From the NCBI GenBank assembly GCA_963750165.1, contig CAVVPN010000011.1:288001-352000 (forward strand): a stretch of DNA of 64,000 bases, written 5' to 3'. Below the pieces are notes generated by a model that saw only the letters and a program-made list of their open reading frames with translations, did not search any database and was not told the origin of the DNA. This stretch comes from an uncultured Gemmataceae bacterium (GTDB lineage Bacteria; Planctomycetota; Planctomycetia; Gemmatales; Gemmataceae). The position numbers and the translations under genes are program-made. Shown here piece by piece: positions 29,660 to 39,106 of the stretch (within the stretch, counting starts at the first letter, position 1; each line of letters begins with the position of its first letter).

Positions 29660-29864
29660 GGCTCGACCTCTCGACCAGGGCGAATTCCAGCCCGAGCACA
29701 TCCGCGAGTTTGGCAAGTTGTTTGAGCGTGGGATTGCCCCGGCCGTTCTCAAGGTCGGTCAACCCGCGCAGGGTAACCTCGGCTAACTCCGCCAGGTCAC
29801 GCTGACGAAGTCGAAGGAATCTTCGCCGGGTGCGTATCTGTTCTCCGATTTTCTGGCTGGTCAT
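29646..29864 (-). CDS. XRE-family HTH antitoxin (HipB-like)
   Basis: IGEQIRTRR..LRQRDLAELAEV..LENGRGNPTL..LADVLGL. Confidence 0.88.
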   Translation of the reverse strand: MTSQKIGEQIRTRRRFLRLRQRDLAELAEVTLRGLTDLENGRGNPTLKQLAKLADVLGLEFALVERSSHAPG

Positions 29865-30167
29865 ACATCGCAGGTGCATTGCAATGCGCCTTTTGAACAC
29901 ATTCTCGGGCAACGCCGACACCTTTTCGACAAAAGCGCATCCAAATGCACTTTCTATACAATATTACGCAGATCAAATACGCCTGTCAAGCGAAAGGCGC
30001 ATCAGAGTGCGCCTTTGATCGTTTCAAGTGCTATGCACCAGTCGGCAAGTCCTTGTCAGCGACGCAAGGTGAATTTTCACATGGACTTGAGGAGACGGAA
30101 CGGACTATAACCAGGAGTGGCGACTGTACGTCCCTAAAGGATGGCCCCAAAAGCCGCGGCGAGACCG

Positions 30168-32558
30168 TTACCCCTTCTTCTTCCCCGACGGCGGCAACGC
30201 ACTCTGCACGACGATCTCGACGAGCAGCTGCCGCACGTCGTAATCATGCTCGGCGAAGAACCGCCGCAATTCCGTGAGCTTCTCGGGGCCATACGCCAGG
30301 AGCGGTTGCCGCACCGTGTAATGGAACAGCCGGGCGACAAACGCCTCGTGCGCCTCGTCGCTGGCGGCCACGAACCGGGCGAGGTCCAGCACGTTTTTGA
30401 ACGTCGCCTTGTCGCCGGAGCGGGTCACGAAGAATCCCGAGGCGTCGATGGGCCGCTCCTTTTCCTGAGCGCGGAAGCGGCCAATGGCGTCGTAATGTTC
30501 CAGCGTGAACCCCAGCGGGTTGATAATGCCGTGACAGCTCTTGCAGTCTTTCGGGCTGGTTTGCAGGGTGATGCGTTCGCGCGTGTTCAGCCTGGGGTGC
30601 AGGTCCGGCGCCAGCGGCGTGAAGGCGTCCGGCGGCTGCCGCAGCGTCACGCCGAGGACGTTGCGAGCGACGAACACGCCGCGGTGGATCGGCGAACTGG
30701 TCGCGGTGTAGGAGAAGTTCGCCAGCAGCAGCGGATGGGTCAGCACGCCGGCGCGCGGCTCGGACTTCAGCGTCACTTTCTGGAACGGCGCGTCCGCGGG
30801 CAGACCGCCACCGTAGAGCTTCGCCAGCCGGCCGTTCAGATACAGGTGGTCCGCCAGCAGCAGCCGGCGATAGTCCCACGCCTTCGGCCCCAGCGTTTCG
30901 TCGAGGAACAGTTCCAGCGAGGTCCGCAGGTCGGACACGACGGCGGCGTCAAAGTCCGGGAACAGTTTGGCGTCCTTCGGCAACTCGGCGAGCTGATCGA
31001 CCTTGAGCCATTGCAGGAAGAAGCCGCGCAGTTTCGCCCGCGCCCGGCGGTCAGCGAGCAGCCGCTGGGCCTCCCGTGTCACGTCCGCGCGCGTGGCGAG
31101 TTTGCCGGCCGCCGCCGCCTTGAGCAGTTCCTGGTCCGGCAGCGAATCCCACAGCGCGAACGACAGCCGGGCGGCGACATCGTAGGCGTCCCCGGCGACG
31201 CCGGCCGGGGCCGCGGGCTCGCGGTAGAGGAAGCGCGGCGAGTGCAGCACGAGTAGCACCACCCGCTTGACCGCGGTGTCCGCGTCCTTGGCTGTCGCGA
31301 ACTGGTGGTCCACGAACAGCTTCTTCTGCTCCGGCGTGAGCGGACGGCGGAAGGCACGCTCGGCGAACTTCACGCAAAACGCTTGCAGTCGTTCCTTGCG
31401 CTTCGGGTCATCCTTGCGGATGCCGCTCAGTTCCGTGAGGTTGGCGGCGACGTAGCCCGCCGCCTCGATGGCGCCGTCGGTCATCGCCTGGACCCATTCC
31501 CTGGAGACGGCGCTGCCGCGCTCGTAGCCGGCGCTGCGGTCGTCCGGCGGCAGCGGCACCGCCGGCGCGAAGGTGGTGACGGCGTTGTGCGGCAGCAGGT
31601 GGCGCTGCGGGATCACCTCGGCGGCCCGGTGCGGCGGCTTCCACTCCAGCGCGATGGTCGTTTTGACCGTCTTCAACTTGTCCTTGGGATCCTTGCGCAC
31701 GCCGACGTTGCCGCGCGAGAACTCCAGGCGCAGCGGATACGCCCGCCCAGCCAGCAGGTAGACGGAGCCGCGGAATTCGGTGTCGGGGCCGGACTTGATC
31801 GCCTTGTCGATCAGCGGCTTGCGCAGGTCGTTGACCCACAGCCGGATTGAGTGCTCCGTGCGGACGATGAACTCGTACAGCCCCGTGTCCAGCGCCATGA
31901 CAGAGCCCTGCCAGTTCGCGGAGATTTCCGGCGTTGAGAGCTTGTTGAAGTCCGGCGTTTTGGTGCTGAAGTCGAAGTGGACGACGGGATCGATGCGGGC
32001 GAAGGCGAGCGTGCGGTTGCGCTTGCCGCCCTTCGTGTAATATTCGCCGCGCAACCCCGCTTTGCCTTCGGCCTCCTTGAGCGGCCGCAGCGCGGTGCCG
32101 GTCGAAAAGCCGCCGATCAAATCGGCGCTGGCCTGGCGGTACTCGGTGACGGTGAGCCGGGCGAACGCGACGCGCGGGGCCTTGATGCGGGCCTGGGCGG
32201 CCGGCGAATAGAAGGCGTCAAAAAGGTACGCGGCCACCTTCTCGGCATCGGCGCCGGTCAGGGTGCCGGGGTCGTCCTCCGGCATCGTGCGAGCGATGTA
32301 CTTGGCCAGCTGGGCCAGCGAGCGGTTGCCGATGAGCTGCTGCGGATGGGCCTTGGTGCCCTCGCCGCCCTTGCCGTGACAGCGGGCGCATTTCTGCTGG
32401 TAGATGGCGGCGCCGGGCGGTTCGCCGGCGCCGGCGCCGTGGACTGAGAGGAACATGACCGCGAGCGCCGCCAGCGCCCCAATGGGGACAGGGCGGCGAC
32501 GACACGAAGTAGCGCATGGGCGGAAATGCACAATAAATCGCACGGAAGCAGCCCTCAC
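30168..32558 (-). CDS. Planctomycete cytochrome c + PA14 + DUF1592/DUF1588-type protein; true start uncertain
   Basis: CARCH heme motif, [17 protein letters not shown]14-like region, [37 protein letters not shown]. Confidence 0.85.
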   Translation of the reverse strand: MRAASVRFIVHFRPCATSCRRRPVPIGALAALAVMFLSVHGAGAGEPPGAAIYQQKCARCHGKGGEGTKAHPQQLIGNRSLAQLAKYIARTMPEDDPGTLTGADAEKVAAYLFDAFYSPAAQARIKAPRVAFARLTVTEYRQASADLIGGFSTGTALRPLKEAEGKAGLRGEYYTKGGKRNRTLAFARIDPVVHFDFSTKTPDFNKLSTPEISANWQGSVMALDTGLYEFIVRTEHSIRLWVNDLRKPLIDKAIKSGPDTEFRGSVYLLAGRAYPLRLEFSRGNVGVRKDPKDKLKTVKTTIALEWKPPHRAAEVIPQRHLLPHNAVTTFAPAVPLPPDDRSAGYERGSAVSREWVQAMTDGAIEAAGYVAANLTELSGIRKDDPKRKERLQAFCVKFAERAFRRPLTPEQKKLFVDHQFATAKDADTAVKRVVLLVLHSPRFLYREPAAPAGVAGDAYDVAARLSFALWDSLPDQELLKAAAAGKLATRADVTREAQRLLADRRARAKLRGFFLQWLKVDQLAELPKDAKLFPDFDAAVVSDLRTSLELFLDETLGPKAWDYRRLLLADHLYLNGRLAKLYGGGLPADAPFQKVTLKSEPRAGVLTHPLLLANFSYTATSSPIHRGVFVARNVLGVTLRQPPDAFTPLAPDLHPRLNTRERITLQTSPKDCKSCHGIINPLGFTLEHYDAIGRFRAQEKERPIDASGFFVTRSGDKATFKNVLDLARFVAASDEAHEAFVARLFHYTVRQPLLAYGPEKLTELRRFFAEHDYDVRQLLVEIVVQSALPPSGKKKG

Positions 32559-32809
32559 AACGGCGACCCACTCTTTTTTGTGCCCGACCTGGGGGTTGGA
32601 GTGGTTTTCCGAATTCTATCCAGAGTAAAGAATGCGGCGGAAGTTGCAAGTTTTTCTTGGGGAGCGGCGGCGCCCGCGGCGCGCGGGATAGTGGACGCCG
32701 CCGGTTTTTTTTGCCGCGCTTCTCTGCAAGCCGGTCCCCTGGACGGCCGACGTTGGGTAAACTAACGGTGATCGATTGCGAGCACGGCCGCCGCCCAAAG
32801 GGGATTGTC

Positions 32810-33700
32810 ATGGGATTGCTTCCCGATCACGAAATTGAGCGGATCATCAAGATCGAACCGCTGGCCGAAGGGCTCTCCCGGCCCGGGACCATTTCGTATG
32901 GCCTGACCAGTTACGGCTACGACGTGCGCGTTGGCCGGCGCTTCAAGGTCTTCGAGCCGTACCACGAAATCAAGAGCATGAAGGACGTGGCCGCCGCCTG
33001 GCTGGCGGGCCTCATCGACGGCGAAGGGCATCTGCGCGACGACCCGGGGGAGGGAGTCAAACTGACGGTCACCAATACCGATCGCTCCATGCTGGAACTG
33101 GCGCACAATCTCACCGGGGTTGGACAAATCTACACGACGAATCACGCCAACCCCAACCACAAGACGCGCCACGACTGGGTAGTTTCGCGCAGCCGGCACG
33201 TCCAGGAAATCCTGGTGCGCGTCCTCCCCTACATGGTCGGCAAGCGCGAGCGGGCCTTGCAGCTGATCGGCAAGACGTTCAAGCGGGAAGGCGTCGCCAT
33301 GCCGATCGTGGACCCCAAGCACTTCCCCACGGACGCCTTCGTGGACATTGAGGCCGATTTTTGCATCATTCCGCCGAACAGCTTCGCCCTGGCTGAAACC
33401 GTGGAGACGTTCGAGATTCCAAGGGATGTGCTCGCGATCTGTTTGGGGAAAAGCACGATCGCGAGATGCGGGATCATCGTGAATGTGACGCCCCTGGAGC
33501 CGGAATGGCGCGGCAAGATCACGATTGAAATCTCCAACACAACGCCCTTGCCAGCAAAGATTTATGCCAATGAAGGTATCGCGCAAATCCTCTTCCTGCG
33601 CGCCGACGCCGTGTGCCGCGTCAGTTACGCGGACAAGCGCGGCAAATACCAGGACCAAAAAGGCCTGATGCTGCCCTTCGTCAAAACAGACGAACAGTAG
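32810..33700 (+). CDS. dcd: dCTP deaminase with in-frame LAGLIDADG endonuclease domain insertion (296 aa)
   Basis: [69 protein letters not shown]; insert 32954-33304. Confidence 0.93.
   Translation: MGLLPDHEIERIIKIEPLAEGLSRPGTISYGLTSYGYDVRVGRRFKVFEPYHEIKSMKDVAAAWLAGLIDGEGHLRDDPGEGVKLTVTNTDRSMLELAHNLTGVGQIYTTNHANPNHKTRHDWVVSRSRHVQEILVRVLPYMVGKRERALQLIGKTFKREGVAMPIVDPKHFPTDAFVDIEADFCIIPPNSFALAETVETFEIPRDVLAICLGKSTIARCGIIVNVTPLEPEWRGKITIEISNTTPLPAKIYANEGIAQILFLRADAVCRVSYADKRGKYQDQKGLMLPFVKTDEQ
32954..33304 (+). mobile_element. Single-motif LAGLIDADG homing-endonuclease-like domain inside dcd, no intein termini
   Basis: [11 protein letters not shown] (motif 33002-33028), [22 protein letters not shown]. 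Confidence 0.82.
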
Positions 33701-33729
33701 TTGACACCTGTTTACGATCTTGATACAAT
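33701..33729 (+). promoter_or_regulatory. Near-consensus sigma70 promoter for nrdJ
   Basis: TTGACA-17nt-TACAAT starting immediately after the dcd stop codon. Confidence 0.75.
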
Positions 33730-33781
33730 TACTCCCCCCAATCACTTCCGGGGAGTGTTCCGAGCTATTACGAGACGTACC

Positions 33782-36700
33782 ATGCAGATTACCCGTCGTT
33801 ACACCGTTGCCGGCCAGGATCCGTTCGCATCCTTCACGTTCGTGCCACGGACGTCGCGCATCGCCAATCCCGACGGATCGGTGGTGTTTGAGATGAAGGG
33901 GCTGCTGGCGCCGGAGGGCTGGTCGCAGGTGGCCGTGGACGTGCTCGCCCAGAAGTACTTCCGTCGAGCGGGGGTGCCGGCGCAGACCGAGCCCGTGACG
34001 GAGGCGGGTGTACCGGAGTGGTTGCAGCGGCGGCGGCCGGCGGCTGGGGCGGCTCTCGACCACGAGACGGATGCGCGGCAGGTGTTTCGGCGGCTGGCGG
34101 GCTGCTGGACGTACTGGGGCTGGAAGGGCGGCTACTTTTCCAGCGTGGCGGACGCGCGCGCCTTCTTCGATGAGTCGTGCCACATGCTGGCGGCGCAGCT
34201 GGCGGCGCCAAACAGTCCGCAGTGGTTCAACACCGGTCTGCACTGGGCCTACGGCATCGAAGGACCGCCGCAGGGCCATTACTACGTCGAGCCGGCCACG
34301 GGACAGATGACGCAGGCCACATCGGCGTATGAACATGTGACTCCCCACGCATGCTTCATCCAGCAGGTGCGCGACGACCTCGTCAACGAGGGCGGCATCA
34401 TGGACCTGTGGGTCCGTGAGGCGCGCATTTTTAAATACGGCAGTGGTACGGGATCAAATTTCTCCGCGCTCCGCGGTGAAGGCGAACCGCTCTCGGGCGG
34501 CGGTAAGTCGAGTGGCCTCATGAGCTTCCTGAAAATTGGAGACCGGGCGGCAGGGGCTATAAAATCGGGGGGGACCACGCGCAGGGCTGCAAAAATGACT
34601 ATTCTGGATCTTGATCATCCAGATATTGAGAAGTTCATCCTCTGGAAGGTGGTCGAGGAGCAGAAAGTCGCTTCGTTGGTGACGGGTTCGCGGTTGCTGA
34701 ATCGCCACTTGAACGCCGTCATGAAGGCAGCCCACCAGTGGCCGCAGGAGAGCGAGCGCTTCGACCGCGCCCGAAACAAGAACCTGCGCAAAGCCATCCA
34801 ACAGGCCCAGGAAGTGCTGGTGCCGGCCAATTACATCGAGCGCGTCTTACAACTCGCCCGTCAAGGCTTCACGGGGCTGGAGTTCGCGGAGTTCGCGGAG
34901 TACGACACCGACTGGAACTCGGAGGCGTACTTTACCGTCTCGGGCCAGAACAGCAACAACTCCGTGCGCGTGGACAACGCCTTCATGGACGCGGTCGCCA
35001 ACGACGGGCCGTGGCACCTCTACTGGCGCACCGAGAAGGAGCGGGCGAAGGCTCAGGGCCGGCCGCCGAAGCCGCGCCAGACGATGAAGGCGCGCGACCT
35101 GTGGGAGCAGATCGCCTACGCGGCGTGGGCATGCGCCGACCCGGGCGTGCAGTTCGACACCACCGTCAACGAGTGGCACACCTGCTCGGTGGACGGACGG
35201 ATTAACGCCAGCAATCCCTGCAGCGAGTACATGTTCCTCGATAATACAGCATGCAATCTCGCAAGTCTAAACCTTATCAGGTTTTACGACACGAAGACCG
35301 TCCGCTTCGACATCGACTCATTCCGGCACGCGACCCGGCTGTGGACGCTGATCCTGGAGATCTCCGTCTACATGGCCCAGTTCCCCAGCAAGGAGGTGGC
35401 GCAGAAGTCCTACGACTTCCGCACGCTCGGCCTGGGGTACGCCAACATGGGCTCGCTGCTCATGGTGCAGGGCCTGCCCTACGACTCCGAGGCTGGCCGC
35501 GCCCAGTGCGGCGCCATCTCGGCGCTGATGCACGCCGTCGCCTACGCCACGTCCGCCGAGATCGCCGCCGAGGTCGGGCCGTTCGTGCGCTTCGCTGTCA
35601 ACCGCGAGCCGATGCTGCGCGTCGTCCGCAACCACCGCCTGGCCGCCTACAACGTCCCGCGCGAGCAGTACGAGGGCCTGACCATCCCGCCGGTCGGCAT
35701 CCACCCGCAGCACTGCCCGGCGTATCTGCTGGAGGCCGCCCGCCGCGAGAGCGACCGCATGGTCGAACTCGGCGAACGGCACGGCTTCCGCAACGCCCAG
35801 GTCACCTGCATCGCGCCGACGGGCACGATTTCTCTCATCATGGACTGCGACACCACCGGCGTTGAGCCGGACTTCGCCCTGGTCAAGTTCAAGAAGTTGG
35901 CCGGCGGCGGCTACTTCAAGATCATCAACCAGAGCGTGCCGCCGGCGCTGGAGCGGCTCGGCTACACCCCGCAGCAAATCGACGACATTGTCCGCTACTG
36001 TCGCGGCGCCGCCACGCTGCAGGGCTGCCCGCACGTCCACCGCGCCAGCCTCAAGGCAAAGGGCTTCACTGACGAGGTGCTCGACCGCATCGAGTCGCAG
36101 TTGCCCGGCGCCTTCGAGATGTCGTTCGTGTTCAACCGCTGGACCGTCGGCGACGACGTGTTGCGCGATCAGTTGAAGATCAGCAAGGAGCGCTTCGAGG
36201 CGCCCGGCTTCGACCTGTTGCACGCGCTCGGCTACACCACCGAGCAGATCGCGGAGGCCAACGGCTACGTCTGCGGCACCATGACCATTGAGGGGGCGCC
36301 GCACCTCAGGCCGGAGCACTACCCCGTCTTCGACTGTGCCAACAAGTGCGGCAAGACCGGCCAGCGCTTCCTGTCCGCGGAGGCGCACATCCGCATGATG
36401 GCCGCGGCGCAGCCGTTCGTCTCGGGCGCGATCTCGAAAACCATCAATATGCCCTACGAGGCCACCATTGAGGACGTGAAGCAGGCGTACCTGCTCAGCT
36501 GGCAGCTGATGCTCAAGGCCAACGCCCTGTACCGCGACGGCTCCAAGCTTAGCCAACCGCTCAACACCATCGCCGACGCCCCGGCCGCGGAAGCCATCGA
36601 GGCCGAGCCGGAAAAGGAAGCGCACGCCAACCCGGCCGAGCCGGTGCGCATCGCGGAGAAGATCGTCCACCGCTACATCCGCCGCCGTCGTCGGCTGCCG

Positions 36701-37405
36701 GACCGCCGCGCCGGCTACACGCAGAAAGCGCGCATCGGCAACCACAAGATTTACCTGCGCACCGGCGAGTACGAGGACGGCACCCTCGGTGAAATCTTCG
36801 TGGACATGCACAAGGAAGGGGCGGCGTTCCGAAGCATGACCAATTGTTTCGCCATTGCCATCTCGCTGGGCCTGCAGCACGGCGTACCGCTCGACGAGTT
36901 CGTGGACGCCTTCCTGTTCACGCGCTTCGAGCCGAACGGCATCGTGCAGGGCAACCCGTACATCAAGATGACGACCTCGATCATCGACTACATCTTCCGC
37001 GAACTGGCCATCACCTACCTGGGCCGGCACGACCTCGCGCACGTGCGGCCGGACGACCTGCGCGGCGACGCCCTGCACCGCCACGAGGACGAGCCGGAGT
37101 TTGAATCTGAAGAGGTGGTCGAGGAGCGCGTGCTGGAGCCCAGGCCGATTTCCAAGGCGTTCGCCACGCCGCGCTCCGAGCACCTGCACCCGCTGCCGGA
37201 GAGCGCCGTCAACGGCCACCCCCCCGCCGCCGCGTCCGTTCCCGCCGCCGCCGCCGCGCCGGCCACCCGGGAGAGCAAGGTGCGCCTGGCCCGCCTCAAG
37301 GGGTATGAGGGCGACCCTTGTCCCGAGTGTGGCCAGCTGACGCTGGTGCGCAGCGGTTCGTGCTGCAAGTGCGACAGCTGCGGCGCCACCTCTGGGTGCA
37401 GCTGA
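33782..37405 (+). CDS. nrdJ: Adenosylcobalamin-dependent (class II) ribonucleotide reductase with C-terminal TSCPD-like domain and zinc ribbon
   Basis: [67 protein letters not shown], terminal [15 protein letters not shown]. Confidence 0.96.
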   Translation: MQITRRYTVAGQDPFASFTFVPRTSRIANPDGSVVFEMKGLLAPEGWSQVAVDVLAQKYFRRAGVPAQTEPVTEAGVPEWLQRRRPAAGAALDHETDARQVFRRLAGCWTYWGWKGGYFSSVADARAFFDESCHMLAAQLAAPNSPQWFNTGLHWAYGIEGPPQGHYYVEPATGQMTQATSAYEHVTPHACFIQQVRDDLVNEGGIMDLWVREARIFKYGSGTGSNFSALRGEGEPLSGGGKSSGLMSFLKIGDRAAGAIKSGGTTRRAAKMTILDLDHPDIEKFILWKVVEEQKVASLVTGSRLLNRHLNAVMKAAHQWPQESERFDRARNKNLRKAIQQAQEVLVPANYIERVLQLARQGFTGLEFAEFAEYDTDWNSEAYFTVSGQNSNNSVRVDNAFMDAVANDGPWHLYWRTEKERAKAQGRPPKPRQTMKARDLWEQIAYAAWACADPGVQFDTTVNEWHTCSVDGRINASNPCSEYMFLDNTACNLASLNLIRFYDTKTVRFDIDSFRHATRLWTLILEISVYMAQFPSKEVAQKSYDFRTLGLGYANMGSLLMVQGLPYDSEAGRAQCGAISALMHAVAYATSAEIAAEVGPFVRFAVNREPMLRVVRNHRLAAYNVPREQYEGLTIPPVGIHPQHCPAYLLEAARRESDRMVELGERHGFRNAQVTCIAPTGTISLIMDCDTTGVEPDFALVKFKKLAGGGYFKIINQSVPPALERLGYTPQQIDDIVRYCRGAATLQGCPHVHRASLKAKGFTDEVLDRIESQLPGAFEMSFVFNRWTVGDDVLRDQLKISKERFEAPGFDLLHALGYTTEQIAEANGYVCGTMTIEGAPHLRPEHYPVFDCANKCGKTGQRFLSAEAHIRMMAAAQPFVSGAISKTINMPYEATIEDVKQAYLLSWQLMLKANALYRDGSKLSQPLNTIADAPAAEAIEAEPEKEAHANPAEPVRIAEKIVHRYIRRRRRLPDRRAGYTQKARIGNHKIYLRTGEYEDGTLGEIFVDMHKEGAAFRSMTNCFAIAISLGLQHGVPLDEFVDAFLFTRFEPNGIVQGNPYIKMTTSIIDYIFRELAITYLGRHDLAHVRPDDLRGDALHRHEDEPEFESEEVVEERVLEPRPISKAFATPRSEHLHPLPESAVNGHPPAAASVPAAAAAPATRESKVRLARLKGYEGDPCPECGQLTLVRSGSCCKCDSCGATSGCS

Positions 37406-37460
37406 AGGGAGGAAGGATGAAAAAAGACTGCGGATGGTCTTTTTTCATCCTTCCTCCTTC
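37404..37460. terminator. Hairpin downstream of nrdJ
   Basis: GAAGGGAGGAAGGATGAAAAAAGAC ... GTCTTTTTTCATCCTTCCTCCTTC. Confidence 0.6.
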
Positions 37461-37698
37461 CGGTTCATCGGGGTTGGCGGGAAAAAATTTGCCGAGAAAT
37501 CGGGTTCGTCTGTTGCAGTCGCGAAGTAGGCTTGGTATAGACGAGAAGAAGGTTGGACGTTCTTCGCCGGCGGAGCCAAGGGGACGGTTCCCGAAGACGC
37601 CCCGAATGTTTCTCACCAAAGGGTTCGGTTCCGAAAGCCCGGAGGCAGGGAGGCGCCAGACGTTCCCGAACTGAACGCGCGCGAAAGGAGAAGTCGCC

Positions 37699-37839
37699 AT
37701 GATCTATGGCGAGCCAGAAACATCCCGGTTTCTGGCCGCGGTGCAGCGCCTCAAACGGCTGCAGCGCCGCAAGGAGCGTCAAACCCGTCAGGCCAAGCAA
37801 CGTGTGCGGCTTGCGCTGCGCAAGATGCGCGAGTGCTGA
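37699..37839 (+). CDS. 46-aa basic helical small protein MIYGEPETSRFLAAVQRLKRLQRRKERQTRQAKQRVRLALRKMREC
   Basis: Strong AAGGAG RBS 8 nt before ATG; below ORF-track cutoff. Confidence 0.55.
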   Translation: MIYGEPETSRFLAAVQRLKRLQRRKERQTRQAKQRVRLALRKMREC

Positions 37840-37986
37840 CGGCCGCCGCACCACGATTCACCACCAACACCCGGCCCCTGCGGCCGGGTGTTGGCGTTTC
37901 TACCGCGTGCGTCAACTGCAGTCCCGATTGCTCGCCGGGCCACGGTTGCCGTGGAATCCGTTTGCCCCAAACCGAAGGAGGGCCTC

Positions 37987-38592
37987 ATGAGCAGCCCCAC
38001 CACCACCCCCGTTACCTACGGCCTGGATGCCTCGATCCCGCGCTGGTCGGTCGCCCGCTATCAGAAAATGATCGAAGCGGGCATTCTCACGTCGGAGGAC
38101 AAGGTCGAATTACTCGAAAACTATGTGGTCCTGAAAATGCCGCACAACCCGCCCCACGACGGGACGATTGACCTCGTCAAAGCCGCTCTGCCACCTTGCG
38201 TCCCTGCCGGATGGCTCTTGCGCATTCAGCAGACGGTCGCCCTGGCGGACAGCCAACCCGAACCGGACTTTGCCATCGTTCGGGGATCGCCAAGGTCGTA
38301 TCTTCAGCGTCACCCCGGCGCGACGGACACCGGTTTGATTGTGGAGATGGCCAACTCGTCGTTGCTGCGCGACCAGCGCGACAAGGTGCGCATCTACGCC
38401 CGTGCCGGTATCCCCTGCTACTGGATCGTCAACCTCGTCGATCAGCGCGTCGAGGTCCACGCACAGCCGTCCGGGCCTACCGCCGCACCCGCTTACAGTG
38501 CCCTTCAGACTTATCGACCCGGCGATACCGTGCCGCTCGTCCTGGATGGCGTCACCGTGGCGAACGTGGCGGTGGTGGACCTGCTGCCCTGA
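37987..38592 (+). CDS. Uma2 (DUF820) family putative endonuclease
   Basis: RWSVARYQKM..ELLE, PEPDFAIV, LIVEMANSSL..D..K..IYARAGIPCYWIVNL. Confidence 0.9.
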   Translation: MSSPTTTPVTYGLDASIPRWSVARYQKMIEAGILTSEDKVELLENYVVLKMPHNPPHDGTIDLVKAALPPCVPAGWLLRIQQTVALADSQPEPDFAIVRGSPRSYLQRHPGATDTGLIVEMANSSLLRDQRDKVRIYARAGIPCYWIVNLVDQRVEVHAQPSGPTAAPAYSALQTYRPGDTVPLVLDGVTVANVAVVDLLP

Positions 38593-38622
38593 AGCGGGAA
38601 GCGCCGTGCGAATGCCGGAATG

Positions 38623-38823
38623 TCACCGCCCCTCATTGCTGGCCTTGTCAAGCTTGTACAGCAATGCCAGGCACTTCCGACACGTCACCGCGGCGCGGTC
38701 ATCCGTGGCGATGCCTTCCATTTGAGCCCGGTGAGCGGCTTCCTTGTCGCGAGGATTGCACAGCACCATGCCGTCCGTATTGAGGGCGTGCAGGTCGCGT
38801 TTCTGTCTTTTGTCCCTGGACAT
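38623..38823 (-). CDS. Small putative zinc-binding protein (~66 aa)
   Basis: LH...LC......VTCRKCL H/C/CxxC ligand pattern. Confidence 0.45.
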   Translation of the reverse strand: MSRDKRQKRDLHALNTDGMVLCNPRDKEAAHRAQMEGIATDDRAAVTCRKCLALLYKLDKASNEGR

Positions 38824-38955
38824 TGGCGTCATTCCGAACGAAGGCGTGCCTTTGCTTCCCGCGGCTACTCCGTGTCGCGGCCCAGGTAACTGGTCCTGGC
38901 CAGGAACAGGCATCGGGCGAACGCCACTCAACTCGGCTCGGGCGGGAAGCGGGTG

Positions 38956-39072
38956 GGGAATCTGCGCGTCCCCTGGGGCAATCAGGGGGGTGTGTGAAAT
39001 GAAAGGAGACGAAACCTTCCCTGGCCACCTATTGATGTTATACCGCCCAGTCCGCTTCCGGGGAACGCCCTG
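38956..39072 (-). repeat. ~115-bp intergenic element, copy 2
   Basis: Similar to 9544-9660; GCGGTATAAC on minus strand. Confidence 0.7.
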
Positions 39073-39106
39073 CGCAGGAGTGGTCGGAGCGCCCCACGCC
39101 GACCGC

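Noticed and set aside
32954..33304. Canonical intein or group I intron in dcd
   Set aside because: No C/S start, His-Asn end or +1 nucleophile; no P7-like core; the whole insert is accounted for by the nuclease-like domain
33701..33781. TTG start at 33701, NrdR box or cobalamin riboswitch upstream of nrdJ
   Set aside because: The TTG is the -35 hexamer; I see no convincing NrdR palindrome, and the 81-bp gap is too short for a cobalamin riboswitch
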